The notes beneath the pieces were generated by a model that did not search any database, was not told the origin of the DNA, and saw nothing but the letters and a program-made list of their open reading frames with translations. Of a stretch of 32,000 bases of DNA, positions 18,943 through 27,080 are shown piece by piece. The stretch is taken from assembly GCA_048886185.1 (NCBI GenBank), contig JBHLKY010000016.1, forward strand, positions 1-32,000, in the 5' to 3' direction. The stretch's first letter is position 1. Every line of letters starts with the position of its first letter. The position numbers were made by a program, and so were the translations under genes. The DNA is from Candidatus Hermodarchaeota archaeon (GTDB lineage Archaea > Asgardarchaeota > Heimdallarchaeia > Hodarchaeales > Hodarchaeaceae).

Positions 18943-20118
18943 TTATTCACGGACTCCCCACCAAAATATCGGTAGGTTCCTATCTTCATTGAAAGCCTTT
19001 ATTGCCCTGTTGTACATCCCATGATAACCCCCAATGAGAGTATCACGCCCACCAAGGCCAATTGTGTATTCTGCAATTAAAGGAGAAACACCACTGCCAT
19101 AAAGTGCTGATTTGATATCTTGACTTAAGATACCACCAGGTCCACCAAAAGAATGAGCTCGTTCAATTGTAATTAATCCTTTAAGGTTTGTGCAAAGTTT
19201 CACTATTTCATCACCCCAGAAAGGACGGTAGACTCGAATTTTTATTAATCCAACCTTTTCACCTTTCGTACGGAGTTCATCCACAGTTGTTCTTGCATTA
19301 CCTGCGGAGGATCCCATTGTAATAAAAGCATATTCAGCATCCTCCATCATATAAGACTCCACAGGCTTATATTTCCGTCCTGTGAAATTTTCCCATTCAT
19401 CAAATACTTCTAAAATAATTTTTCTTGACCTTTCTTGGGCATCCTTAATTTGAGCTCGTGCTTCCATATAATAATCTTGTAAATGGAGAAGACCAATACT
19501 CATAGGTTTATTAATATCTAATTTAAAATCCGACTTTCTATCACCACCTAGGAACCTCATTGCTTCATCACGAGAAATTTCTTCAATTCCTTCAATGGCA
19601 TGTGATAGAATGAATCCATCGAGACCCACTGCCACTGGTAATAAGACATCAGGATGTTCTCCAATCTTGAATGCCATGATAGTTTGATCATGAGCTTCCT
19701 GATTATCTTCACAGAATAAGCTGATCCAACCAGAATCTCGAAAGAGCATTTGGTCAGTCATTTCACCATGGATATTAATTGGTCCACTAATTGCCCGATT
19801 TGCAAGTGCCATGACAATGGGGGTACGTGAAGATGCTGCGATGAAGACTATTTCGTACATAAGCATTAAACCTGCGCTTGCAGTACTTGTGAAAACACGA
19901 GCACCAACAGAACTAGCTCCGACACAAGCAGACATGGCACTGTGTTCTGATTCGACTGTAACAAACTCAGTATCAACCTCACCATTAGCAACAAAATCTG
20001 CGAATCGTTCCACAATAATTGTTTGAGGAGTGATGGGGTAAGCTGCAACAACATCAGGGTTAACCGCTTTTGCAGCAATGGCTACTGCATCATCTCCTGT
20101 AACAGCAATTCTTGCCAT
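18943..20118 (-). CDS. porA: Pyruvate/2-oxoacid:ferredoxin oxidoreductase alpha subunit
   Basis: VAAYPITPQT, VESEHSAMS, TASAGL, MALANRA, GLGGRD. Confidence 0.93.
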   Translation of the reverse strand: MARIAVTGDDAVAIAAKAVNPDVVAAYPITPQTIIVERFADFVANGEVDTEFVTVESEHSAMSACVGASSVGARVFTSTASAGLMLMYEIVFIAASSRTPIVMALANRAISGPINIHGEMTDQMLFRDSGWISLFCEDNQEAHDQTIMAFKIGEHPDVLLPVAVGLDGFILSHAIEGIEEISRDEAMRFLGGDRKSDFKLDINKPMSIGLLHLQDYYMEARAQIKDAQERSRKIILEVFDEWENFTGRKYKPVESYMMEDAEYAFITMGSSAGNARTTVDELRTKGEKVGLIKIRVYRPFWGDEIVKLCTNLKGLITIERAHSFGGPGGILSQDIKSALYGSGVSPLIAEYTIGLGGRDTLIGGYHGMYNRAIKAFNEDRNLPIFWWGVRE

Positions 20119-20466
20119 TTAGAGATCCTCCATGATGATAGCTTTTTCTCCTTTTCTACCAGGACATTCGTTTGCACAAACACCACAGCCTTTACAATAG
20201 AATAAATCAAACATCGGGCGATGTTTACCATCATCACCTACTTCCATTGTAATTGCACTATCTGGGCAGAGAAAATAACATTCTAAGCAAGAGATACAAT
20301 TTTCAGCAATTAGAACAGGGCGTTGAGCAGCCCAATCACCAGTACGAAAGAATTTTGCACTCCCTGCAGGTGTACTTCCCGCAATAGGTAATTTTTTGTA
20401 TCCCCATTTTTCTTTCACCCATTGTTTGAATTCATCATCTGAAACATCTGTTGGAAGAACAGGCAT
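20119..20466 (-). CDS. porD: 2-oxoacid:ferredoxin oxidoreductase delta subunit (2x[4Fe-4S])
   Basis: TGDW..RPV, CISCLECYFLCP and CKGCGVCANECP ferredoxin motifs; stop abuts porA ATG. Confidence 0.92.
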   Translation of the reverse strand: MPVLPTDVSDDEFKQWVKEKWGYKKLPIAGSTPAGSAKFFRTGDWAAQRPVLIAENCISCLECYFLCPDSAITMEVGDDGKHRPMFDLFYCKGCGVCANECPGRKGEKAIIMEDL

Positions 20467-21038
20467 TAATTTTTCACCTCATTAAAAGAACGATCAACAG
20501 CATTTACATTTTTCCTAGCTGGTTCTTCTCTGAATCGAGCCATTATAGCTTTTTTGACCGAATCGAGTGTTATGATCTTATTACTAGTTCGATTGACCAG
20601 AGCTCCTAGAATTGCTGTGTTCGTTTGCTTAATCCCAATCTCCTCCGCTGCGATTCTAGTGGCATCAATAGTAGCAAACTGAGCATCAGGACGGGAGTTT
20701 TTCAGATTTATTACTCCCTCTGAATTCGGATCATCGGTATTAATGATGACGAGTCCTCCTTCCTTAAGGCCTGAAAGTACATCAACTTGACCCAATAATG
20801 TTGGATCCTGCACAATGACAATATCTGGTTCATAGATTTCAGTCTTTACATAGAACCGTTCATCAGAGATGCGAGCAAATGCGGCAATGGGGGCGCCAGA
20901 TCTCTCTGGGCCAAACGATGGAAATGCATGGACAAATTTGTTCTCAAGAAGGGCGGCTTCAGCAATCAAATACGAACTTGTCATTACTCCTTGTCCCCCT
21001 CTACCATGTAAACGTATATCAATAATATCTGTTGTCAA
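20466..21038 (-). CDS. porG: 2-oxoacid:ferredoxin oxidoreductase gamma subunit
   Basis: IRLHGRGGQG, AFPSFGPERSGAP, IVQDPTL, NTAILGAL; TAATG overlap with porD; order gamma-delta-alpha-beta. Confidence 0.93.
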   Translation of the reverse strand: MTTDIIDIRLHGRGGQGVMTSSYLIAEAALLENKFVHAFPSFGPERSGAPIAAFARISDERFYVKTEIYEPDIVIVQDPTLLGQVDVLSGLKEGGLVIINTDDPNSEGVINLKNSRPDAQFATIDATRIAAEEIGIKQTNTAILGALVNRTSNKIITLDSVKKAIMARFREEPARKNVNAVDRSFNEVKN

Positions 21039-21277
21039 AACAAGTACAACTCCTAGTCTTTTTTGGTTAACTGATTAAAAAATTCTATTTTACTAGGCAA
21101 TTCCCTCTAATTCGTGAACATTTTTAGTTATCTTGCATAACAATGGTTAAGAATTGTGAAAAGAAGTTATTTGGAAAGTCCTAAATAAACATTAAAACAA
21201 AATTAATTTAATGGTTCTAGAACTATCTGATCGTTGAAAGAAAATGAATTCTTAAGAAGTTAATGAGGTTCTTTTTG

Positions 21278-21820
21278 TTGCAGAATGAGTGGGTCTTGAA
21301 AATCTGTTCTGCTGGATCCTATCAAGTCGGTAAAACCAGCCTGATCCGCCGATATGCAGAAGGAAAATTCATTTATGATTATTTACCAACAATTGGTGTG
21401 GACATCACAACAAAAAGAGTAACTATTGATAACCAAAATGTTAAGCTTGTCCTTGTCGACACTGCGGGGGAAGAATATTTTGGGCGCATTCGCAAGACAT
21501 ATTTTGAAGGTGCGTTCAGTTGTATCATTGTTTTTGATATCACTCGTCACGAGACATTTGAGGAGCTAGATCGTTGGATTTCCGATTTTAGAAGTGTTGC
21601 TGGAGAAGATGCTGCTATCACAATAGTAGGAAATAAGAATGATTTAGAAGATCTTCGTAATGTGACATATCAACAAGGAAAGAAGTTTGCAGATCAATAC
21701 AAAGTGCCATTTTACGAATGTTCAGCTAAACTGGGGGGAGATGTAATCCCAAAAATTTACGAAAATCTAATTCGGAAATATCTCAGAACATTACAGGAGA
21801 ACGAGGCATTGGGTGATTAA
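21278..21820 (+). CDS. Rab-like small GTPase, paralog 1 (switch II DTAGEE)
   Basis: GSYQVGKT, PTIGVD, DTAGEE, YFEGA, VFDIT, GNKND, ECSAK. TTG 21278 (after GAGGT) aligns exactly with the Met of paralog 2; ORF track starts at 21263. Confidence 0.92.
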   Translation: MQNEWVLKICSAGSYQVGKTSLIRRYAEGKFIYDYLPTIGVDITTKRVTIDNQNVKLVLVDTAGEEYFGRIRKTYFEGAFSCIIVFDITRHETFEELDRWISDFRSVAGEDAAITIVGNKNDLEDLRNVTYQQGKKFADQYKVPFYECSAKLGGDVIPKIYENLIRKYLRTLQENEALGD

Positions 21821-22022
21821 TTTTTCGCTTATCTATTCCAATAAACTCTCTCACAAGTTCAAAGTTCCTCTTTCAATAGAAATCAAGAGGTTAAAGAAAG
21901 GAAAATATAATATATATATTGGTGTAAAACACATAAAGAAGATATTTTTTGTGAGAAAAATACCAAAATCTAGGTTAAGTACTACAGAATTTTGTATATT
22001 CGGATAAATAAGGGGTATATTA

Positions 22023-22553
22023 ATGAGTGATGATTTAATTTTAAAGATCTGTTCTGCTGGGTCTTATGGAGTGGGTAAAACAAGCCTTATCCGACGTTAT
22101 GCTGAAAATAAGTTTTCTTCAAGCTATACACCCACCATTGGTGTAGACATCACAACAAAGCGAGTGACAGTAAATAACCATAAAATCAAACTTCTTTTAA
22201 TTGATACAGCGGGACAGGAGTATTTTGGCAAGATTCGAAAATACTATTTTGAGGGAGCTTTTAGCTGCATAGTTGTTTACGATATTACAAGGTATGATTC
22301 ATTCTCTGATCTCGACCGATGGATTACTGATTTTAAAAGCGTAGTTGGAGAAAAAGCACTGATAGCAATTATAGGAAATAAAAGTGATTTAGAAGAATTA
22401 CGGACAGTACAAAGTGAGGAAGGACGAAACTATGCAGAAAAGCACGGATTTCCTTTCTACGAGTGTTCTGCAAAACTTGGAGGAGAAGTTATTCCCAAAT
22501 TATACACTGATCTCGTTCATCAATATCTTTTTTCCTTAGGAGAAGTAGATTGA
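22023..22553 (+). CDS. Rab-like small GTPase, paralog 2 (switch II DTAGQE)
   Basis: GSYGVGKT, PTIGVD, DTAGQE, YFEGA, VYDIT, GNKSD, ECSAK; colinear with paralog 1. Confidence 0.93.
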   Translation: MSDDLILKICSAGSYGVGKTSLIRRYAENKFSSSYTPTIGVDITTKRVTVNNHKIKLLLIDTAGQEYFGKIRKYYFEGAFSCIVVYDITRYDSFSDLDRWITDFKSVVGEKALIAIIGNKSDLEELRTVQSEEGRNYAEKHGFPFYECSAKLGGEVIPKLYTDLVHQYLFSLGEVD

Positions 22554-22609
22554 TACTTATTACAAGAAGTATAACCTAAGACACCTGAAAATAACCTCGA
22601 TGAATGCCC

Positions 22610-23881
22610 TCATTCTTCCTCGGGTAGAACGAAATCAGGTACAGTCTTAGGGAGGGTAGATTCAGTGTTGTCAAATTTTTTAAGATCGTTTATATTTACG
22701 TTTAATTCCACTTTAGACTCTTCTGATTCAGTGGGTTCATCGTCTACGGTTTCCACATCACCTTTTTCAGGTTCCTGAGGAGATTCATCTTCTGCAGGTT
22801 CCACTCCAACCTCAAATTCCTCAGGAGACTCAAATTCTTCAGATTCAGTCTTAATCTCCTCTACTGATTCTTTGTCTACTGTTATTTCTTCTGCTGGTTT
22901 CTTTTCCGCTTCATTTTCTCCCTTGTCTTCGGCCTCTTCTATTTCCTCCTCTTCCTCCTCTTCTTCCACATCACCCATTAAGCGCTTCAGACGCCACAGC
23001 ATTTGGAGCTTCAGGCGTCGACTTTCATCATCAAAACCGAAATCATTAGCAAATTTCGGTGTTGTCGTATAAGATGTTGATCGTGCGCGGTCTTCCCCTA
23101 TAACGTACCCCCTATTTTCCAAATCTCGGCATATCTCAGTTATTTTTACTGGGCCGATACCTCGGATTATTTTCTTTACCAATGCTAAGGAGATAGGTTG
23201 TCGATACGCAATTTCTGTAATAACACGTCGTTCTTCTTCTGTCATGAATTTTTCAGGAAAAAACTCGTGGAAGAACTCGTGATAGATTGGATTGAGCTGG
23301 AGCACCCATCGATCTCTTGAAATTTCTTCAATAACAATTGGAGAAGTCCGCTTTCTTTGGCGTGAGAGTTTTCTTATGGTCCGTTTTACAAGAGGTGATT
23401 CTTCTTGTAGACTCTCAATGAGTTCATCTGCGTGTATTGGTCTTCCAATAGAAAACAAAGCACCCTCGATTCGTTCCTCTAGGCTGATGGGCACGAGCTT
23501 TATTGGAGCTATAATGGCTGTATCAAGTTTGGTTTGAACAGGAAGTTGAGCTTTTAAGAGTTCAGGTGATATGAAGCTGTTTATTGACACCTCAGATTCA
23601 ACTATTGCCCCTGCGAAGGGAAGAAAATCTAGAATGGGTTCTAGTATCGCGGGTTCCTCGGGAATTGGTTCTGAGATTACTTTGGGAAGTGTGGCGAATT
23701 GTTCTTCAAATGGAGTTTCTGTGGTAGTATAGACTTCTATTGATTGCATCTGCGATTCTTCTTGAGTTTCCTGTGATATTTCCGCAGCTGGAGTAATTAT
23801 ATCACTTTTAGTGTCTACTTCCTCCTCTATAGTTTTTTCCTTCTTCTTATCTTTCTTTCTTCGACGGAAAAGACGAAACAT
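22610..23881 (-). CDS. scpB: ScpB/kite-family protein with long N-terminal and acidic C-terminal extensions
   Basis: Core aa ~134-302: IEGALFSIGRPI, EIAYRQPIS..IRG, YTTTPKFANDFG, the tandem wHTH pattern of ScpB. Confidence 0.85.
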   Translation of the reverse strand: MFRLFRRRKKDKKKEKTIEEEVDTKSDIITPAAEISQETQEESQMQSIEVYTTTETPFEEQFATLPKVISEPIPEEPAILEPILDFLPFAGAIVESEVSINSFISPELLKAQLPVQTKLDTAIIAPIKLVPISLEERIEGALFSIGRPIHADELIESLQEESPLVKRTIRKLSRQRKRTSPIVIEEISRDRWVLQLNPIYHEFFHEFFPEKFMTEEERRVITEIAYRQPISLALVKKIIRGIGPVKITEICRDLENRGYVIGEDRARSTSYTTTPKFANDFGFDDESRRLKLQMLWRLKRLMGDVEEEEEEEEIEEAEDKGENEAEKKPAEEITVDKESVEEIKTESEEFESPEEFEVGVEPAEDESPQEPEKGDVETVDDEPTESEESKVELNVNINDLKKFDNTESTLPKTVPDFVLPEEE

Positions 23882-23897
23882 GGGTTATCACAGATTT

Positions 23898-24461
23898 TTA
23901 ATCTTCATACTGAAGTTGACGGAGAGCGTAGTCTTTTAGTCCTTTTCGAATAGCAATTTTGGTTCTCTCTGATTCAACTGGTAATTTGAACAAATGGAGA
24001 AAATCCTCTGTTACATTAATCACATTTCTTTTCCCCTTAGGAGTAATAGTTATCAGATTCATTGCTTTTAATTCTTCTAAGTCATCCTTAGCCCTTGTTC
24101 CAAGAATTTTCTGGAGTTTACTCGGTGTAACCTGTTCCTCTAGAACGTACTCCTTGAAAGCAACGAGACTCAGTACCTTTAATAGGTGTCTAGGAACCTC
24201 TGAACGTTTAATAAATGGCCAATGTAAATGAGCCGCTACCTCCTCTCTTAGTCTTAATTGAACGGTATGGTCATCCGTACGGAAAATAGTGTAAGCTGTT
24301 TTTTGATCAAGATGAACGTCAATAATTTTCTCAATAAGACGTTCTACTTCTCCTTCATCTTTCTGAATAAGTTCTGCTAGCTCGGTATAGCTCATTGGCC
24401 TATCAAATAGGTATAACGCTGCCTCTATAACATTTTTTTCTTTTAAAGCTTTAATCTCCAT
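23898..24461 (-). CDS. scpB: Second, compact and divergent ScpB/kite-family protein
   Basis: VIEAALYLFDRPMSYTELAELI, LKVLSLVAFKE..VT, VTEDFLHLFKL match the ScpB pattern; 187 aa; 16 nt upstream of the other scpB. Confidence 0.8.
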   Translation of the reverse strand: MEIKALKEKNVIEAALYLFDRPMSYTELAELIQKDEGEVERLIEKIIDVHLDQKTAYTIFRTDDHTVQLRLREEVAAHLHWPFIKRSEVPRHLLKVLSLVAFKEYVLEEQVTPSKLQKILGTRAKDDLEELKAMNLITITPKGKRNVINVTEDFLHLFKLPVESERTKIAIRKGLKDYALRQLQYED

Positions 24462-24585
24462 TGCTAGATCCGAGTCCGAGGAAAAGAATAATCCATTTTT
24501 AAAGTCGAGGAGCTATGGCTTTATATTCATTTTTCAATATTATCCATTCTTCATAAATCATTTCTGTTTGATCATTTTGTTGAAT

Positions 24586-24604
24586 GAAAAACTTAATTTA
24601 TACT
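24586..24604 (+). promoter_or_regulatory. Candidate BRE/TATA for the TrmB-like gene within the divergent scpB/trmB intergenic region
   Basis: GAAAAACTTAATTTATACT: purine run followed by TTTATA (24597-24602), about 70 nt before the ATG. The region is AT-rich, so chance matches are likely. Confidence 0.3.
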
Positions 24605-24673
24605 AAGGCTGTATGAAACTAAAAGTGTTGGAAAATTATTCATAAATAAAGAAATTTCTTTGGAAGTGAGATA

Positions 24674-27076
24674 ATGGCTAGTCTAGGATTAGAATCTCTT
24701 GATTTAGATCTTCAAGAGTCGAAAGTATATATCACCCTCCTCGCTTTGGGTCCGCTTTCACTTGGTGAAATTATAAAATATGCTGAATTCTCATCAGCTG
24801 ACGTATTCAAAGCCCTTGAGGGGTTACAGAGTAAGGGTTATATCCACCAAATTCCAGGAATAACTGACCGATATAATGCGATGCTTCCTTTCAATGATTT
24901 AAAAGCATCGACTAATACAACTATTTCACAGATGGAGCAGCTTGCTTCTCAACTTGATGATCATATTGCACAGAGGTTGGAGATCATTTTGGGGAAGTTA
25001 CGCGAAGAATCTCAGAAAATGAGTGCAGGAATTGAAACAGCACGAACTGCAATTGGTCAGGTAGAAATGAAAGGCGAGAGTGAAATTGAAGAAAGAATCG
25101 CAAGATATGCTCTTGAAGTAGAGCAGGGGACTGATCAGACAAAAAGTGACATTATTAAAACATTTGAAATGAAACAAAGCGATCATGAGGCATTAACATC
25201 AAATCTAAAGTCAAATTCACAACAAAAAATAAATGAAATAGGTGCAAAATTTCAGGAAATTAATCAACAATTCCTCGACAAGTATCAGGCGGGAATCGTT
25301 GAATTAGAAACTTCTGAGTCTCAACGAAATCAGAATTTAACCAACACAGCTGAAACTTTAATTTCACAATCCCAAGAATCCTTTTCCCAAGGCATTCAGA
25401 ATGTTAATCTATCAATGACTACCACAGGACAGACGTTGTTCCAATCAATTGATGAAAGAAACGAAAAATTGAGTACACACATAACTAACGTTTCAAATGA
25501 GATGGCCAATACTGTTGCTGAAGTAAGTAGTCAAGGTCAAGAAAAAATTATTGCATCTCTTGGTTTATGTAATGAGAGATTTCAACAACAGCTTGAAGCA
25601 AGTAAACAGAATGCCATGGCAGCTTTTACTTCCACACGAGATGAGCTCAAATCAAAAGCTGTAGAGAGAACAGAAAACTTGCAGCAGCAGTTAAGTGAAA
25701 CTTTAGTAACTACTCAGAACCAGATTATTGAGATGTTACAACAAGCACAGGAAACACTGACAACAAAGGTGAAAGAAGCCAGGAACCTGTTAGAAACCTC
25801 CCTTGGAGAGTTCACAGAGGCAGTTAAAATACAAACAGATAGTGATATGCAACAAGTAATTGTCAATACTGAATCAACCTTTGGTGGGCTCACTCAAGAT
25901 ACTCAATCCACATATGAGCAAACTCATAACCAAGTTGAAGCTGCTTTCAACGAAATGACGTCTAATGCAAAGGGAAAATCAGAGGAGATCAAAGGAGCCG
26001 CTATAGTCGAATTAAATTCAGTTGTTGAAACCTTAAAAGCTGAAATCACATCACAATTAAACCAGTTCAAGCAAATATTATCCCCTCAAGCACAATTTTT
26101 GAAAGATGAACTTACTAAATTTCAAACTGAACTTACAACTTCACGAACTCAAGCAGTAGAGACATTCAAAACTATGATGGCAGATTTCAAATCATCTGTC
26201 AGTGTAAAACACCAAGAAGTCGAAAACCTAGCTACTCAAGAGACTAACGCTTTATTAGAGAATATAAGTCAATTTATAGAATCCCTAAATGAGCAAATAA
26301 AGGAATATGACAGGAAATTCAATACTACACTAACCGAATCGGCTGTAAAAGGGTCAGAGAAACTCATTGTTCATACACGAGAGCTCCAAGAAAAAATGGT
26401 TTCATTAGTGAATGAAATGAGTAAAAACGCCACCGATCAACTCACTGCTACTAGTGAGATGATTTCTACAGGAATTCAGGCGGAAATCACTACATTGGAG
26501 GCAGAACTAAAAGATTATTCCACTAAATTTTATGAGGTGACACAGCGAAATGAGGATGTATTCAAAAACTACTTATTTTCGTTGGAAAAGCTATCTTCTC
26601 TAGTAACTGATACAAAGTATCCTGAGGTTCAAACAGCTCCGATTGTTTCACGGGAGGCTGTATTAAACTATTTGCAAAACATGTTCTCGAGGATGAAAGG
26701 AGGTATGACTTTACTCATTCCTCAAGCAAATGATATTCCGCTTGAACAGATTCTCGAAACAAAAAATCATCAAAGAATCAATTTAGTATCAGTCATTGAT
26801 CCGAACACACACACTGATCTATTGAAAAAACTATTCTCAAAACCAAATGTCCGGATTCGAAAGGTCGATATTGCCAAGTTTGAGGATGTCGAGAAATACA
26901 TTGCCGCGGATCGAGATGGTGAAGAGGTTCTGATTGGGATTACGGAGGATCAAGGAGAAACAGTCGCTATCGCCAGTTTTTCCGACTCATTTGTCACTTT
27001 AATGGGAAAAATCGTTCTTGGGGATTACTTCCTCGCCCGCTCCATAGAAATTAATCGTGCAGAAGTTGGAATGTAA
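24674..27076 (+). CDS. TrmB-family wHTH protein with ~570-aa helical/coiled-coil insert and C-terminal TrmB effector-like (PLD-fold-like) domain
   Basis: aa 1-72 ESKVYITLLALGPLSLGEI..VFKALEGLQSKGYI..RY is TrmB wHTH-like; aa 73-646 helical with one Pro; aa ~652-800 alpha/beta domain (SREAVLNYLQNM..MTLLIP..IAADRDGEEVLIG). Confidence 0.75.
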   Translation: MASLGLESLDLDLQESKVYITLLALGPLSLGEIIKYAEFSSADVFKALEGLQSKGYIHQIPGITDRYNAMLPFNDLKASTNTTISQMEQLASQLDDHIAQRLEIILGKLREESQKMSAGIETARTAIGQVEMKGESEIEERIARYALEVEQGTDQTKSDIIKTFEMKQSDHEALTSNLKSNSQQKINEIGAKFQEINQQFLDKYQAGIVELETSESQRNQNLTNTAETLISQSQESFSQGIQNVNLSMTTTGQTLFQSIDERNEKLSTHITNVSNEMANTVAEVSSQGQEKIIASLGLCNERFQQQLEASKQNAMAAFTSTRDELKSKAVERTENLQQQLSETLVTTQNQIIEMLQQAQETLTTKVKEARNLLETSLGEFTEAVKIQTDSDMQQVIVNTESTFGGLTQDTQSTYEQTHNQVEAAFNEMTSNAKGKSEEIKGAAIVELNSVVETLKAEITSQLNQFKQILSPQAQFLKDELTKFQTELTTSRTQAVETFKTMMADFKSSVSVKHQEVENLATQETNALLENISQFIESLNEQIKEYDRKFNTTLTESAVKGSEKLIVHTRELQEKMVSLVNEMSKNATDQLTATSEMISTGIQAEITTLEAELKDYSTKFYEVTQRNEDVFKNYLFSLEKLSSLVTDTKYPEVQTAPIVSREAVLNYLQNMFSRMKGGMTLLIPQANDIPLEQILETKNHQRINLVSVIDPNTHTDLLKKLFSKPNVRIRKVDIAKFEDVEKYIAADRDGEEVLIGITEDQGETVAIASFSDSFVTLMGKIVLGDYFLARSIEINRAEVGM

Positions 27077-27080
27077 TTCC

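Noticed and set aside
21813-22007. 64-aa ORF between the two Rab-like genes
   Set aside because: Very AT-rich with Lys/Ile/Phe bias typical of intergenic DNA, no ribosome site; more likely terminator and promoter sequence.
22940-22968. TTC/CTC trinucleotide-like run
   Set aside because: It simply encodes the poly-Glu stretch of ScpB; not an independent repeat element.
21278-23881. Functional link between the Rab-like pair and the SMC locus
   Set aside because: Only adjacency in convergent orientation; small GTPase genes are abundant in such genomes, so chance proximity is likely without synteny data.
24674-27076. Phage tape-measure protein or chemoreceptor identity for the 800-aa helical protein
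   Set aside because: No phage structural or che genes in the window, no TM segments, no MCP hairpin signature; termini look TrmB-like.
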